DNA from: Candidatus Latescibacterota bacterium
Lineage (GTDB): Bacteria > Latescibacterota > UBA2968
DNA length: 46,091 nt
Assembly (NCBI GenBank): GCA_038279365.1
Contig: JAYODI010000004.1
Coordinates: 92,649 to 138,739, forward strand
Direction of reading: 5' to 3'
The notes under the pieces are model-generated. The model did not search any database. It was given only the letters and a program-made list of their open reading frames with translations, and was not told the origin of the DNA. The first letter of the stretch is position 1. Each line of letters begins with the position of its first letter. Shown here in pieces: positions 36,136 through 45,541 of the stretch. The position numbers were made by a program, and so were the translations under genes.

Positions 36136-37164
36136 ATGCCCATTGTTGATTATAAACGGTATTGTGAAATGTTGGATAAGGCGCAAGCCGAAAATTATGC
36201 TTATCCGGCCATTAACATCAGCAATATTGACACGGTAAATGCTGCTATTGAAGGTTTTGTGGCTGCCAAAAGTGATGGCATCATTCAGGTTTCTACAGGT
36301 GGTGGGGCACATTCATCTGGCAATTTGGGTGATTCTGTGTTGGGGGGGATTTCTCTGGCAGAGCATGCCCATCGTGTGGCTGCCCGTTATGATGTGAATA
36401 TTGCGCTTCACACAGACCACTGTACCACCGATAAAATTGATTCGTTTTTAAAACCCTTGATTCAAGAAACCGCACGACGCCGTGCCAATGGACAGCCCAA
36501 CTTGTTTAATAGCCATATGTATGATGGCAGCGATTTGTCACTTGAAGAAAATATGAAACATGCTGTGCCTTTGCTTGAATTGTGTCGTGACAATGAAATA
36601 ATTTTGGAAGTGGAAGCGGGTGTGGTTGGTGGGGAAGAAGATGGGTTAAACCGAGAAGGTGTAGATGTTGAAAAATTATATACCACCCCTGAAGACATGT
36701 TGGGTGTTTATGAAGCACTCAATGGTGTTAAAGGTGCGCGATATATGTTTGCCGCCACATTTGGAAATGTGCATGGTGTTTACAAGCCGGGCAATGTGGT
36801 CTTAACACCTGTGATTTTGAAAAACGGCCAAGATGCTGTGATGGCGAAATATGGCAAAGAGGCGCAGTTTTGGTTGGTGTTTCACGGTGGGTCGGGTTCT
36901 GAACTGAGTGAAATTAGAGAGACATTGAATTATGGCGTGATTAAAATGAATGTGGATACAGACACGCAATATGCTTTCACACGCCCAGTTGTGGAACACA
37001 TGATGAAAAATTATGACCAGGTGCTCAAAGTAGACGGTGAAGTGGGCAATAAAAAGTTTTACGACCCACGTGCTTGGTTAAAGGCTGCTCGGGCCAATAT
37101 GGCTGCGCGCGTGGTTAGAGCCTGTGAAGATTTGCAATCTGCTGGCAAAACCATGGGTAGGTAA
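36136..37164 (+). CDS. fbaA: Class II fructose-bisphosphate aldolase
   Basis: YPAIN, LHTDHC, SHMYDGS, GGEEDG, FGNVHGVYKPGNV, FHGGSGS, KMNVDTD, KKFYDPR. Confidence 0.96.
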   Translation: MPIVDYKRYCEMLDKAQAENYAYPAINISNIDTVNAAIEGFVAAKSDGIIQVSTGGGAHSSGNLGDSVLGGISLAEHAHRVAARYDVNIALHTDHCTTDKIDSFLKPLIQETARRRANGQPNLFNSHMYDGSDLSLEENMKHAVPLLELCRDNEIILEVEAGVVGGEEDGLNREGVDVEKLYTTPEDMLGVYEALNGVKGARYMFAATFGNVHGVYKPGNVVLTPVILKNGQDAVMAKYGKEAQFWLVFHGGSGSELSEIRETLNYGVIKMNVDTDTQYAFTRPVVEHMMKNYDQVLKVDGEVGNKKFYDPRAWLKAARANMAARVVRACEDLQSAGKTMGR

Positions 37165-37186
37165 GTTTTTTGTTGAGATATTTATA

Positions 37187-37225
37187 AAACAAAAGGCACT
37201 GCATGATTTGCAGTGCCTTTTGTTT
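37187..37225. terminator. Bidirectional terminator
   Basis: AAACAAAAGGCACTGCA-TGATT-TGCAGTGCCTTTTGTTT between convergent genes. Confidence 0.85.
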
Positions 37226-38168
37226 ATGCAATTCGACTCAGGAGCGGTTTGCCTTCAAGCCCAGCCATCAGATTGTCTACGGTGCGTTGTGCCATTGCCA
37301 AGCGGGTTTGGCGTGTCGCACTGCCCAGGTGAGGGGCGATGGTGAGGTTTTCTTGTTTGAGCAAGGGGTGATCGCGCGGAAGTGGTTCGGGTTCGGTAAC
37401 ATCTAACGCCGCACCTGCTATCCAATTGTTTTGAAGGGCTTCGAGTAATGCATCGTGATCCACAACGCCCCCTCGGGCAAGATTGACCAAAAACGATGTG
37501 GATTTCATTTTTTTCAATTGTGCCCGGCCGATCATGTGGCGGGTTTGATCGGTTAGCGGGACATTGAGTGCCACATAGTCTGCTTGCGTGAGCAAATCGT
37601 CTAAGGTGGCATATGTGACGCCCAAGGTTTTTTCTGCTTCAAGGTCGCGGTTGCGATTGTGATACAAGACTTTCATGTCAAAACCAGATGCTCTGCGGGC
37701 TACTTGTTTGCCAATGTTGCCCATGCCAATGATGCCAAGTGTGGATGAGTGGACTTCATAACCCAATAAGATGCGTGGGTCAAGGTGGGTAAATTGGGCA
37801 CTGCGGGCATAGTGATCGCCAACAACAATATTGCGTGCAGCTGCCATCAGCAAGGCAAAGGTCATGTCGGCCGTTGCACCATCGAGCATATTGGGCGTGT
37901 TGCCCACGGGAATGCCTCTTTGTTTGGCGTCTTCGAGATGGATGTGGTCTACACCTACGCCAAAATTGCTAATGACTTTGATGTTGGGCATTTTGTCCAT
38001 GAAAGCACCGTTGATTTCTGGATGCCCATAGGTGAGCAATGCGTCGGCTTTTTGATAGGTTTCTTCTGTCACGTTTCTGTGAGACATGATGTGTAAATGG
38101 CAGCGTCCTGCAATCATTTGGGGGATTTCTTCTGGCAGGTCAGCATCTACAATGACGTTGTATGGCAT
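37224..38168 (-). CDS. D-2-hydroxyacid dehydrogenase (glyoxylate/hydroxypyruvate reductase-like)
   Basis: GVGVDHI, NTP, LGIIGMGNIG, NLARGGVVD, LDVTEPEP, PHLGSAT. Confidence 0.92.
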   Translation of the reverse strand: MPYNVIVDADLPEEIPQMIAGRCHLHIMSHRNVTEETYQKADALLTYGHPEINGAFMDKMPNIKVISNFGVGVDHIHLEDAKQRGIPVGNTPNMLDGATADMTFALLMAAARNIVVGDHYARSAQFTHLDPRILLGYEVHSSTLGIIGMGNIGKQVARRASGFDMKVLYHNRNRDLEAEKTLGVTYATLDDLLTQADYVALNVPLTDQTRHMIGRAQLKKMKSTSFLVNLARGGVVDHDALLEALQNNWIAGAALDVTEPEPLPRDHPLLKQENLTIAPHLGSATRQTRLAMAQRTVDNLMAGLEGKPLLSRIA

Positions 38169-38261
38169 TGTTGCTCCTTGGGTTAAAGTTCATGGGTATT
38201 GCGCATACCAAGATAGTTTGATTGGGGTAGGTAATCAAATAAAAAGGATAGGTGGTGATCT

Positions 38262-40169
38262 ATGAAGCAAAAATTGCCATATGGCACTTGGGCTTCTCCC
38301 ATTTCTGCAGGAATGGTCGCTTCGGCATCGCGTCGTTTTGGACAGGTACAGATTGATTTGGGCAATATCTATTGGGTAGAATCCCGTCCAGAAGAGGGTG
38401 GACGGAGTGTTTTGATGTGTTGTGATGAGGCCAATTGTGTGAGGGATGTTGTGCCAGCAGATTTTACGGTACGCAGTCGGGTGCATGAATATGGTGGGGT
38501 GGCTTATGGTGTGCAAAATGGTGTGGTGTATTGTTCTAATGGCGACGATGGTCGGGTGTATCGCTTAGAGACGGATGTTCAACCCATTCCAATAACACCC
38601 GAAGAAGATGCGCGGTATGCGGATTTTTCTATATCACCAGATGGAAAAATCATTTACTGTGTGCGCGAGCGGCACGGTATGGGGAAAGAACCCATCAATG
38701 AGGTGGTATGTTTCATTGATGGGCGCGTGGAGGTGTTGGCGACGGGGAATGACTTTTATGCCGCGCCAAGGGTTTCTAAAGATGGTCATCGGTTGGCATT
38801 TTTGACCTGGAATCACCCCAATATGCCTTGGGATGGTACGGCGTTGTGGGTCGCAGATTGTCAAAATGGGCAGATCATCCATCTCCAGCAGGTGACTGGT
38901 GGAGAGGAGGATGCCATTTTTCAACCGATTTGGGGAAATGATGATTGTTTGTATTTTGTGTCGGATCGGACGGGATGGTGGAATCTGTATCGTTGGGACA
39001 ATGGGGATATCATACCATTGTGGGAAAAAGAAGCCGATTTTGGTTTGCCCTTATGGGTTTTGGGCATGTCGACATATGCCGAAATGGAAGATGGGCAATG
39101 GGTGTGTGCTTATGTTTTGGAGGGGATGGCAAAATTAGAGATGCTTACTGTGCCAGAAGGACATACACGCAGCCTTGATTTGCCTTTTTCAGAATATGTT
39201 AGTATTGCTGCTCAGGGAAATATGGCGGCCTGTGTTGCTGGTCATTGGAACAAAACACCATCTGTTATTCGTCTGAATACGTTAACTGGGCATTATGACG
39301 TGATTCGTGAAAATGAACAATTGGTCGATGAGTTTGCGCTATCATGCCCTCAAACCATTAGTTACTCCAGCTTGGATGGTGCTCGTGTTCATGCTTTCTA
39401 CTACCCTCCACACCATGAATCGACGGAAGGCAACGCTTTGGAAAGACCGCCACTTTTGGTAAAAAGCCATGGCGGGCCAACGGGGGCAAGCACACCCACG
39501 TTGGATTTGAGTATTCAATATTGGACGAGCCGAGGTTTTGCGGTTTTGGATGTCAATTATAGAGGCAGCACAGGATATGGGCGGGCCTATAGACGGGCTT
39601 TGGATGGGCAGTGGGGTGTCTTTGATGTTCAAGACTGTGTGGCAGGGGCCCAGTATTTGGCATCAGATGGCCAGGTAGATGGTTCTCGTTTGTTGATTCG
39701 CGGTGGGAGTGCAGGTGGGTTAACCACCTTGTGCGCATTGGCTTTTTATGATGTGTTTCATGGTGGGGCCAGTTATTATGGGGTGAGTGATTTGGCCTCG
39801 CTTGCTAAAATAACACACAAATTTGAATCTCAGTATCTCAACCGTTTAATTGGGCAAGAAAAATTTGAGACCTTGTTGCAGGAAAGATCGCCTTTGTATG
39901 TTGCTGATCGCATATCCGCACCTGTTATTTTTTTTCAGGGCACGGAAGATCCTGTGGTGCCACCCGCACAAACCCAAACCATGGTCGATGCGTTAAAATT
40001 GGGTGGGGTTCCTGTTGCTTGTGTGATGTTTGATGGGGAAATGCACGGTTTTAGAAAGGCAGAAAATATGATTTATGCTTTAAAAGCAGAGTATGCTTTT
40101 TATGCATCTATTTTTGCATTGGACTGTCAGGAAGACTTGGTTGCAATTGGAATTGAAAATCGGACATAG
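38262..40169 (+). CDS. S9 family (prolyl oligopeptidase/acylaminoacyl) peptidase
   Basis: HGGPT, VNYRGSTGYGR, GGSAGG nucleophile, QG.ED.VVPP, E.HGFR. Confidence 0.94.
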   Translation: MKQKLPYGTWASPISAGMVASASRRFGQVQIDLGNIYWVESRPEEGGRSVLMCCDEANCVRDVVPADFTVRSRVHEYGGVAYGVQNGVVYCSNGDDGRVYRLETDVQPIPITPEEDARYADFSISPDGKIIYCVRERHGMGKEPINEVVCFIDGRVEVLATGNDFYAAPRVSKDGHRLAFLTWNHPNMPWDGTALWVADCQNGQIIHLQQVTGGEEDAIFQPIWGNDDCLYFVSDRTGWWNLYRWDNGDIIPLWEKEADFGLPLWVLGMSTYAEMEDGQWVCAYVLEGMAKLEMLTVPEGHTRSLDLPFSEYVSIAAQGNMAACVAGHWNKTPSVIRLNTLTGHYDVIRENEQLVDEFALSCPQTISYSSLDGARVHAFYYPPHHESTEGNALERPPLLVKSHGGPTGASTPTLDLSIQYWTSRGFAVLDVNYRGSTGYGRAYRRALDGQWGVFDVQDCVAGAQYLASDGQVDGSRLLIRGGSAGGLTTLCALAFYDVFHGGASYYGVSDLASLAKITHKFESQYLNRLIGQEKFETLLQERSPLYVADRISAPVIFFQGTEDPVVPPAQTQTMVDALKLGGVPVACVMFDGEMHGFRKAENMIYALKAEYAFYASIFALDCQEDLVAIGIENRT

Positions 40170-40305
40170 AACTGTGGTTGCGTATCTTTCAATTATGTTG
40201 TAAATTGCCCAATGACAAAATGTTAGGTGACCAAACTTAGATATTTGCTTTTGATGCTATGAGATTGGTTTCTTGAAATTTCTTTTATGATTTATGGGAG
40301 AAAGC

Positions 40306-41040
40306 ATGCGTTCGTACACAAGCGCATTATTGATGATTGGCCTGATGTTCACTGGGGCGTTTGCGCAGCTATTAGAAGTACAACCGGTTTCGACGGGGGG
40401 AAATCCGGTGGGAACTTGGATGGCTGATAAAGATCCATTGACCGTGTATGCTGCGCCTGCGCTTGTTGCGGCGGTGGTGAATTTGCAATTTACAGGAGAG
40501 ACCACGGGTAGCTTTACTTTGGATGGCAGTGGGGGGTATCAAGCCAATTATATTACGGTATCGTCTGCAACGGGTATGGTTTCTCTGGGACTTCTGGGGA
40601 CAATACCTTTTTCGGTCAATGTTGCAGATACCAACAAAGTGCAAGGGATGTATACCGTATTGGGTTCTCAATTGATTTTAATGCCATCTGCTTCAGGGCA
40701 AGTGCCCGATACATTGTCTTTTTCTGCGACGGCCAGTACCTTGCAATTGGTTCGAAAGGTTCCGTTGGGAGACTTTGCCCAATCATTGAATCTGGTTGCT
40801 CCAACAGCAGAAGCACCCATTGCCGTCATTCATATGACAAAGGTGGTTACTGGGCCATTAACGGCAGATTTTGACGGCAATGGTGCAGTAGATTTTACAG
40901 ACTTTGTGGCATTTGCTCAGCAATTTGGAAAAAAGTCGGTCGATGTGGGATATGATGTAAAATTTGATCTGAATAATAATGGATCTGTTGATTTTGGCGA
41001 TTTTGTGTCCTTTGCACAGCAGTTTGGTCTAAAGACATAA
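40306..41040 (+). CDS. Secreted protein with C-terminal dockerin-like (paired EF-hand-type) domain
   Basis: Signal peptide ending AFA; tandem DFDGNGAVDFTDFVAFAQQFG / DLNNNGSVDFGDFVSFAQQFG. Confidence 0.82.
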   Translation: MRSYTSALLMIGLMFTGAFAQLLEVQPVSTGGNPVGTWMADKDPLTVYAAPALVAAVVNLQFTGETTGSFTLDGSGGYQANYITVSSATGMVSLGLLGTIPFSVNVADTNKVQGMYTVLGSQLILMPSASGQVPDTLSFSATASTLQLVRKVPLGDFAQSLNLVAPTAEAPIAVIHMTKVVTGPLTADFDGNGAVDFTDFVAFAQQFGKKSVDVGYDVKFDLNNNGSVDFGDFVSFAQQFGLKT

Positions 41041-41073
41041 AAACTGGCAGTCGGGGTGCCCAAAGGGGGCTTT

Positions 41074-41478
41074 ATGCATGTGTTGATTGTTGATGACGAT
41101 CCGGATGTACAACAATTTTTAAAAAACAGTATGATTACTTTGGGGTGTGAAGGCATTGAGTTGGCCGCCTCTGGGGAAGAAGCATTGGGCAAGGTTGTTG
41201 TGCAGAAATTTGATTTGATTACACTTGATGTCAAAATGCCTGGTGTGAGTGGTTTGGATATTATTTCTGTCATTCGAGGGTTAATCCCGTGGGCTGTTAT
41301 TGCTATTGTATCGGGATATTTAGAAGATGTGACAGATCAGGCAAAAGAACATGCCGATCTGGTGTTGGCAAAACCGGTGCATTTGGAAAAAATACAAGCA
41401 TTGGTTACCCACACCAGAGAACTTATAAGTAAGCGCGAGGCAATTCGCAAACTCAGTGATCCACCGCAAGGGGATTAG
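41074..41478 (+). CDS. Single-domain response regulator (CheY-like receiver)
   Basis: VLIVDDD, LITLDVKMPG, VSG and KP motifs intact. Confidence 0.9.
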   Translation: MHVLIVDDDPDVQQFLKNSMITLGCEGIELAASGEEALGKVVVQKFDLITLDVKMPGVSGLDIISVIRGLIPWAVIAIVSGYLEDVTDQAKEHADLVLAKPVHLEKIQALVTHTRELISKREAIRKLSDPPQGD

Positions 41479-41493
41479 GAGTGGTGGGGTTGT

Positions 41494-42636
41494 ATGGCTG
41501 AAGAAGCTAAAATAGAAGAGAAACCAAACGAGACAGAGCCGAACCAGGTGATTACGCTGGATGAAGTTACCATGGAAAAGGGCGCGATTGATTTTCACAA
41601 TCAAGATGGCGTTGTTTCTGGTAATGTTTATCGGGGGGCTGTGTTGCGTGGGCGTGCCAATCTTTCGATTGAGGGCGAGGTTTTAGGTGTGCCCGAAACC
41701 CGAAGTGTGATTGAGGTTGGAGGAGATGTTCTGGTTGATCACTCCGTAACGGGGGCCAAAATTTTAGGACGCAACATTGTGATTGCTGGGGATGTTACAG
41801 ATTGTCAAATTCAGGCTGAAGGTCATGTTGAAATTCATGGTCAATTGTTGCGAAGTCAATTGAATGTGGGCTCTCGTGCAGGTTTGATTAGAGCACTGAA
41901 CCACAAACGTTTAGAAGTAAAGTCCATTGAGCAAAAAATTTCAGAATTGACCGTGCAAACGAGTTCTGCTGCGCGGAAATTTGTTAGAGATTACCCACAA
42001 GTTGATCTCAAAATGGGAAATATTCTGGTACCTCTAAAACGCGATTTGCGTGTAAAGCTGCAACAGTTTTATACGGCTGTGGGGACGGATGATAGCGCAA
42101 AGATAGACAAAGCGTTGGAGGAGTTTTATTTGCGGGTTGTTGTTGGTATGTTGACGCGCAACAACAAAGAGTATATTAGTCGAAATCCAAGCAGGCATAA
42201 GATATTTTTGAAACTTATAGAAGAATTGCGGCTCCATATTTTAAAAATTCGCGATATTGACAAACGTGAAGAGCAGAGACGGGCATTGCTTAAGGAAGGT
42301 GACGCTTTACTCCGGCAATTAAAAAACTCTGATCCAGAACCCTATGTGCGTGTGGGTGGGGTGGTTCATGAAGGCGTTACGGTAACGCTTGTCAGATTAA
42401 AAGGATTTCAGGAAAGCCCAAGTGGCACCATTGATATTGATCGGGTTATGATTGAAGGGCGTGTTGTGCGCTCGGAGGAAGAAGAGGATGGGACCGATAA
42501 GGAGGCTGAGGGTGGGGTGATTGTGGTTGTGACGGGGCCTGGTGGGGCTAAATCGACGATTACCCCTCCAAATGGTGTATTGGAAAACGGGAATTTTACG
42601 GCTTGGGAAGATGACTTGTTGTGGCAAACTGGATAA
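41494..42636 (+). CDS. FapA/DUF342-like beta-solenoid plus coiled-coil protein
   Basis: V..EKGAIDF...G.V.GNV..G....GNLSIEGEV..GGDVLV repeats; helical middle; VRVGGVVHEGVTV C-terminal motif. Confidence 0.62.
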   Translation: MAEEAKIEEKPNETEPNQVITLDEVTMEKGAIDFHNQDGVVSGNVYRGAVLRGRANLSIEGEVLGVPETRSVIEVGGDVLVDHSVTGAKILGRNIVIAGDVTDCQIQAEGHVEIHGQLLRSQLNVGSRAGLIRALNHKRLEVKSIEQKISELTVQTSSAARKFVRDYPQVDLKMGNILVPLKRDLRVKLQQFYTAVGTDDSAKIDKALEEFYLRVVVGMLTRNNKEYISRNPSRHKIFLKLIEELRLHILKIRDIDKREEQRRALLKEGDALLRQLKNSDPEPYVRVGGVVHEGVTVTLVRLKGFQESPSGTIDIDRVMIEGRVVRSEEEEDGTDKEAEGGVIVVVTGPGGAKSTITPPNGVLENGNFTAWEDDLLWQTG

Positions 42637-42663
42637 GTTTTTGGGGGAATCCTATACCCATTC

Positions 42664-42692
42664 TTGACATGCCTGAAATTTGGTCATATTGT
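42664..42692 (+). promoter_or_regulatory. Putative sigma70 promoter
   Basis: TTGACA-N17-TATTGT, then GGAGA RBS and ATG 42704. Confidence 0.55.
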
Positions 42693-42703
42693 TTGGAGAA
42701 ATT

Positions 42704-42886
42704 ATGACAAATTGGTTTTTGGGAATCTGGTTGGTTGTTGTGTTGGTTTGCCGGCGTATAGAAATGGACCCTGAATTTTTGTTGATGGCTTGGAAAAACC
42801 AACCTGTTATTGAAATATACGACCCAAGCCCTGCGGTTCGGAAGGCTCATTTTTCAGCTCAATTGGACACCGTTTTCCCCTTTTAA
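42704..42886 (+). CDS. Small (60 aa) hydrophobic-N-terminus hypothetical protein
   Basis: Promoter and RBS upstream; fills the gap to the TPR gene 14 nt downstream. Confidence 0.5.
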   Translation: MTNWFLGIWLVVVLVCRRIEMDPEFLLMAWKNQPVIEIYDPSPAVRKAHFSAQLDTVFPF

Positions 42887-42900
42887 GTCAATGGCAAAAC

Positions 42901-43539
42901 ATGAATTGGAACGTGCAAATCGTGATGTGTGTTGTGTGTTGTACGTTTCTATGCCTAAATGATAGTGGGGCACAGAATTCGGCTGAGTCTTTGTTTGAAG
43001 AGGCTCAGCGATATCATTTGGGTTTGGATCAACCCGTTGATTATGCACGGGCTTTTACGCTTTATAAACAAGTGGTTTTGGCCGATCCCAACTATAAAGA
43101 TGCCTATTATAATATGGCACATATTTGCCTGTCTCAAAAAAGATATGACTTGGCGATCACATATTACAAGCGGGTGATCAGCATCAACCCCGAAGACAGT
43201 GATGCCTATAACAACTTGGGCACGGTGTATCAGCGCCAGGGTGATTTGGACAATGCAAAGCGCGCATATGCCAAGGCCATTCAGCTCAACCGCGATCTGG
43301 CTTTGGCTTATTATAATCTGACTTATATTTTTTTAAAAGAAGGCGACAAAACGCGTGCTGAAAAATCGATTTCTGAAGCATTGCGTTTGGAGCCTGATAA
43401 TGCGGATTTTTTAAAATTACAGTCTCAAGTTTTAGGTGAAGTAGGTAAAATTTCTGATTGGTGGGCGGTTGTTGCTTTTGGTGGGTTTGGTGGGATCATT
43501 GTTGGTTATTATTTGTTGTTTGGGCGAAAGGGCGTGTGA
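42901..43539 (+). CDS. Exported Sel1/TPR repeat protein with C-terminal TM anchor
   Basis: Signal peptide; YHLGLDQPVDYARA (Sel1-like); AYYNMA, AYNNLG, AYYNL TPRs; C-terminal TM then GRKGV. Confidence 0.87.
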   Translation: MNWNVQIVMCVVCCTFLCLNDSGAQNSAESLFEEAQRYHLGLDQPVDYARAFTLYKQVVLADPNYKDAYYNMAHICLSQKRYDLAITYYKRVISINPEDSDAYNNLGTVYQRQGDLDNAKRAYAKAIQLNRDLALAYYNLTYIFLKEGDKTRAEKSISEALRLEPDNADFLKLQSQVLGEVGKISDWWAVVAFGGFGGIIVGYYLLFGRKGV

Positions 43540-44210
43540 TCGTGATTGGTCGATTGTGTGTATGCGTTTTTTTGGGGTTGGTGGCCAATGTTCAGGCTCA
43601 ATTTGAACCTGAAGTGATGCCAGATTCTATGGCGGTTATTTTGGCTCCCGAATTGAGTGGGTCTGTGGCTTCTCTTGAGTCTGGGGATGTGATGGGGGCG
43701 GTTGTAGAGTTGCAAGATATTGTGCGACGAAATGCCGGTCATGAACAGGCTTTGCGGTTATTGGCAAGTGCGTATTTAAAGTTAAAAGATTACACACAAG
43801 CCATAGCGACTTGCCGTCAGATTGTTGCTGTTGATTCGATGGATGCGGGGCTTCGGGTTGGCTTGGGATATTTGTATCAGCAGTTAGGAGATATGGCTCT
43901 GGCCGAGCAATATTATCGAGAAGGATTGCTTCTGGATCCTAAATTGGTGCAAGCTTATCAAGGATTGGGTTGGGTTTATTTACAACGCGGTGAACTGGAG
44001 AAAGCATTGGACATGATTACGGAAACGACAGAGCGTGCACCTAATTATGCCCCCAACTATATTTTGATGGGCAGAGTATTGACGGCTCAAGGTTTTTTTG
44101 AAGATGCGGTGATTGCTTATAATCGGGCATTTGCAATGCAAAGTTCTTTGCGGGATACATATGGTATTTTGCTTCAGGAACTGCGGTTGCGTCATGGGAT
44201 TAAGCGATAA
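43536..44210 (+). CDS. Exported TPR repeat protein
   Basis: GTGA overlap with the upstream stop; signal peptide ending VQA; LGYLY..LGD, AYQGLGWVY TPRs. Confidence 0.85.
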   Translation: MIVIGRLCVCVFLGLVANVQAQFEPEVMPDSMAVILAPELSGSVASLESGDVMGAVVELQDIVRRNAGHEQALRLLASAYLKLKDYTQAIATCRQIVAVDSMDAGLRVGLGYLYQQLGDMALAEQYYREGLLLDPKLVQAYQGLGWVYLQRGELEKALDMITETTERAPNYAPNYILMGRVLTAQGFFEDAVIAYNRAFAMQSSLRDTYGILLQELRLRHGIKR

Positions 44211-44211
44211 G

Positions 44212-44970
44212 TCATTTTAAATCGAAATCGATGGGCATAATCATCCAAACTTTGCGTCTTTCTCCGGCGTGTTTGCCTGGGCGAAATCTAAAACTTTGAG
44301 CCGCTTTAAGGGCGGCCTCTCTAAGTATTTCGGGTCCACTGACAACTTCTGTTTCTTCGACATTACCGGCTTTATCGACCAAAACTTTTACGATCACCCG
44401 TCCTATGATTTTCTTTTTCATTGCCTCGGGCGGATATTCGGGCGTGACAATGCGTACTGGATGGGGCTTGTAGTCTATGTCTGAGTAGTCCATGGGTTCT
44501 TCAGAAATTTGTCCAACGGGCCCTGATGCCATTGCAATATCGGGCAAGTCGAAGTTGTCAAAGTCGAGTTCTGTTGATTCTATGGTGACGTCATCGGGCA
44601 CTTCTTCGCCTTCAACGGCCAAGGGAACTTGTGGCCTTGGTGGCGATGGGGCACGTTTTTGCTGGCTTGTTTCTGGAATGTCTGAAACTTGGAGTACGAG
44701 TCTTTGTTTTGGAATGAGACTTACGGTAGGATGGTATTCTGGATAAAAAGCATAGGTGGCAATGAGGATGACCAATGTGATGAGGCTGTATCGGGCAAGG
44801 CGTTGCCAATATCCATTGCGAAGATCTGCTTCGGGTTGTTTGTTGCGAACTTGAACATAGTGCTCGGTGGGGATATCTTGTTGTAGACGTGCAAACTGTC
44901 GCTGTTTAGCACGGGATGTGTAGAGCGAATAACTAAGGGAGTTTCCAAAACGCGCGTGTAGAATATTCAT
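44212..44970 (-). CDS. tonB: Energy transducer TonB
   Basis: TM segment, Pro-rich linker (APSPPRPQVP), C-terminal PEYPPEA...GRVIVKVLVDKAGNV...AAL.AA..FRFRPG...V...PIDF. Confidence 0.9.
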   Translation of the reverse strand: MNILHARFGNSLSYSLYTSRAKQRQFARLQQDIPTEHYVQVRNKQPEADLRNGYWQRLARYSLITLVILIATYAFYPEYHPTVSLIPKQRLVLQVSDIPETSQQKRAPSPPRPQVPLAVEGEEVPDDVTIESTELDFDNFDLPDIAMASGPVGQISEEPMDYSDIDYKPHPVRIVTPEYPPEAMKKKIIGRVIVKVLVDKAGNVEETEVVSGPEILREAALKAAQSFRFRPGKHAGERRKVWMIMPIDFDLK

Positions 44971-45182
44971 AAGATTTGGATGTTCAGGACTGATATGTTA
45001 GATGGTTGTCATTTGAACTGTTCTAACATCAAATAGTTCCGAGCGGATAGGGACCTTTCTCGGATCATTTTTTTGAAACCTATTGGGCTTGGTTGAGTTT
45101 AACCCTGTATGATCTCAATAATTTAGATATCGCTTTAATTTACTTGCGGGTCTTCAAATGTCAAGGGGCATTTCTTTTGAAT

Positions 45183-45530
45183 ATGACAACAGGTTCTGTT
45201 TCGCCACCTAAGCGTATTCGTGTTGATCGCCAAGCGGGTTTTTTTGAGATTGCTTGGGATGATGCAGAAGGTCGCATTGCATTGTCTCAGATACGCCGAT
45301 CTTGCCCCTGTGCATTGTGCGATGATTTAAGAGCACAGCAAACCCAAATAAGTGGTTTACACATGATCGCAGATGCTGAAATGCCTTCTGCTGTATTGAC
45401 CAATGTGATTGCTGTGGGCAATTATGCGGTTCAACTGCGTTGGGAAGATGGCCACGATACGGGTATTTATACATACGCGTTCCTCAGGGAACTCATTGGT
45501 GCCAAATTGGATCTGTCTGACCGGCAATAG
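45183..45530 (+). CDS. DUF971 / gamma-butyrobetaine hydroxylase-like N-terminal domain protein
   Basis: IAWDD, RRSCPCALC, VGNYAVQLRWEDGHDTGIY. Confidence 0.88.
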   Translation: MTTGSVSPPKRIRVDRQAGFFEIAWDDAEGRIALSQIRRSCPCALCDDLRAQQTQISGLHMIADAEMPSAVLTNVIAVGNYAVQLRWEDGHDTGIYTYAFLRELIGAKLDLSDRQ

Positions 45531-45541
45531 AAAGGCTTATT

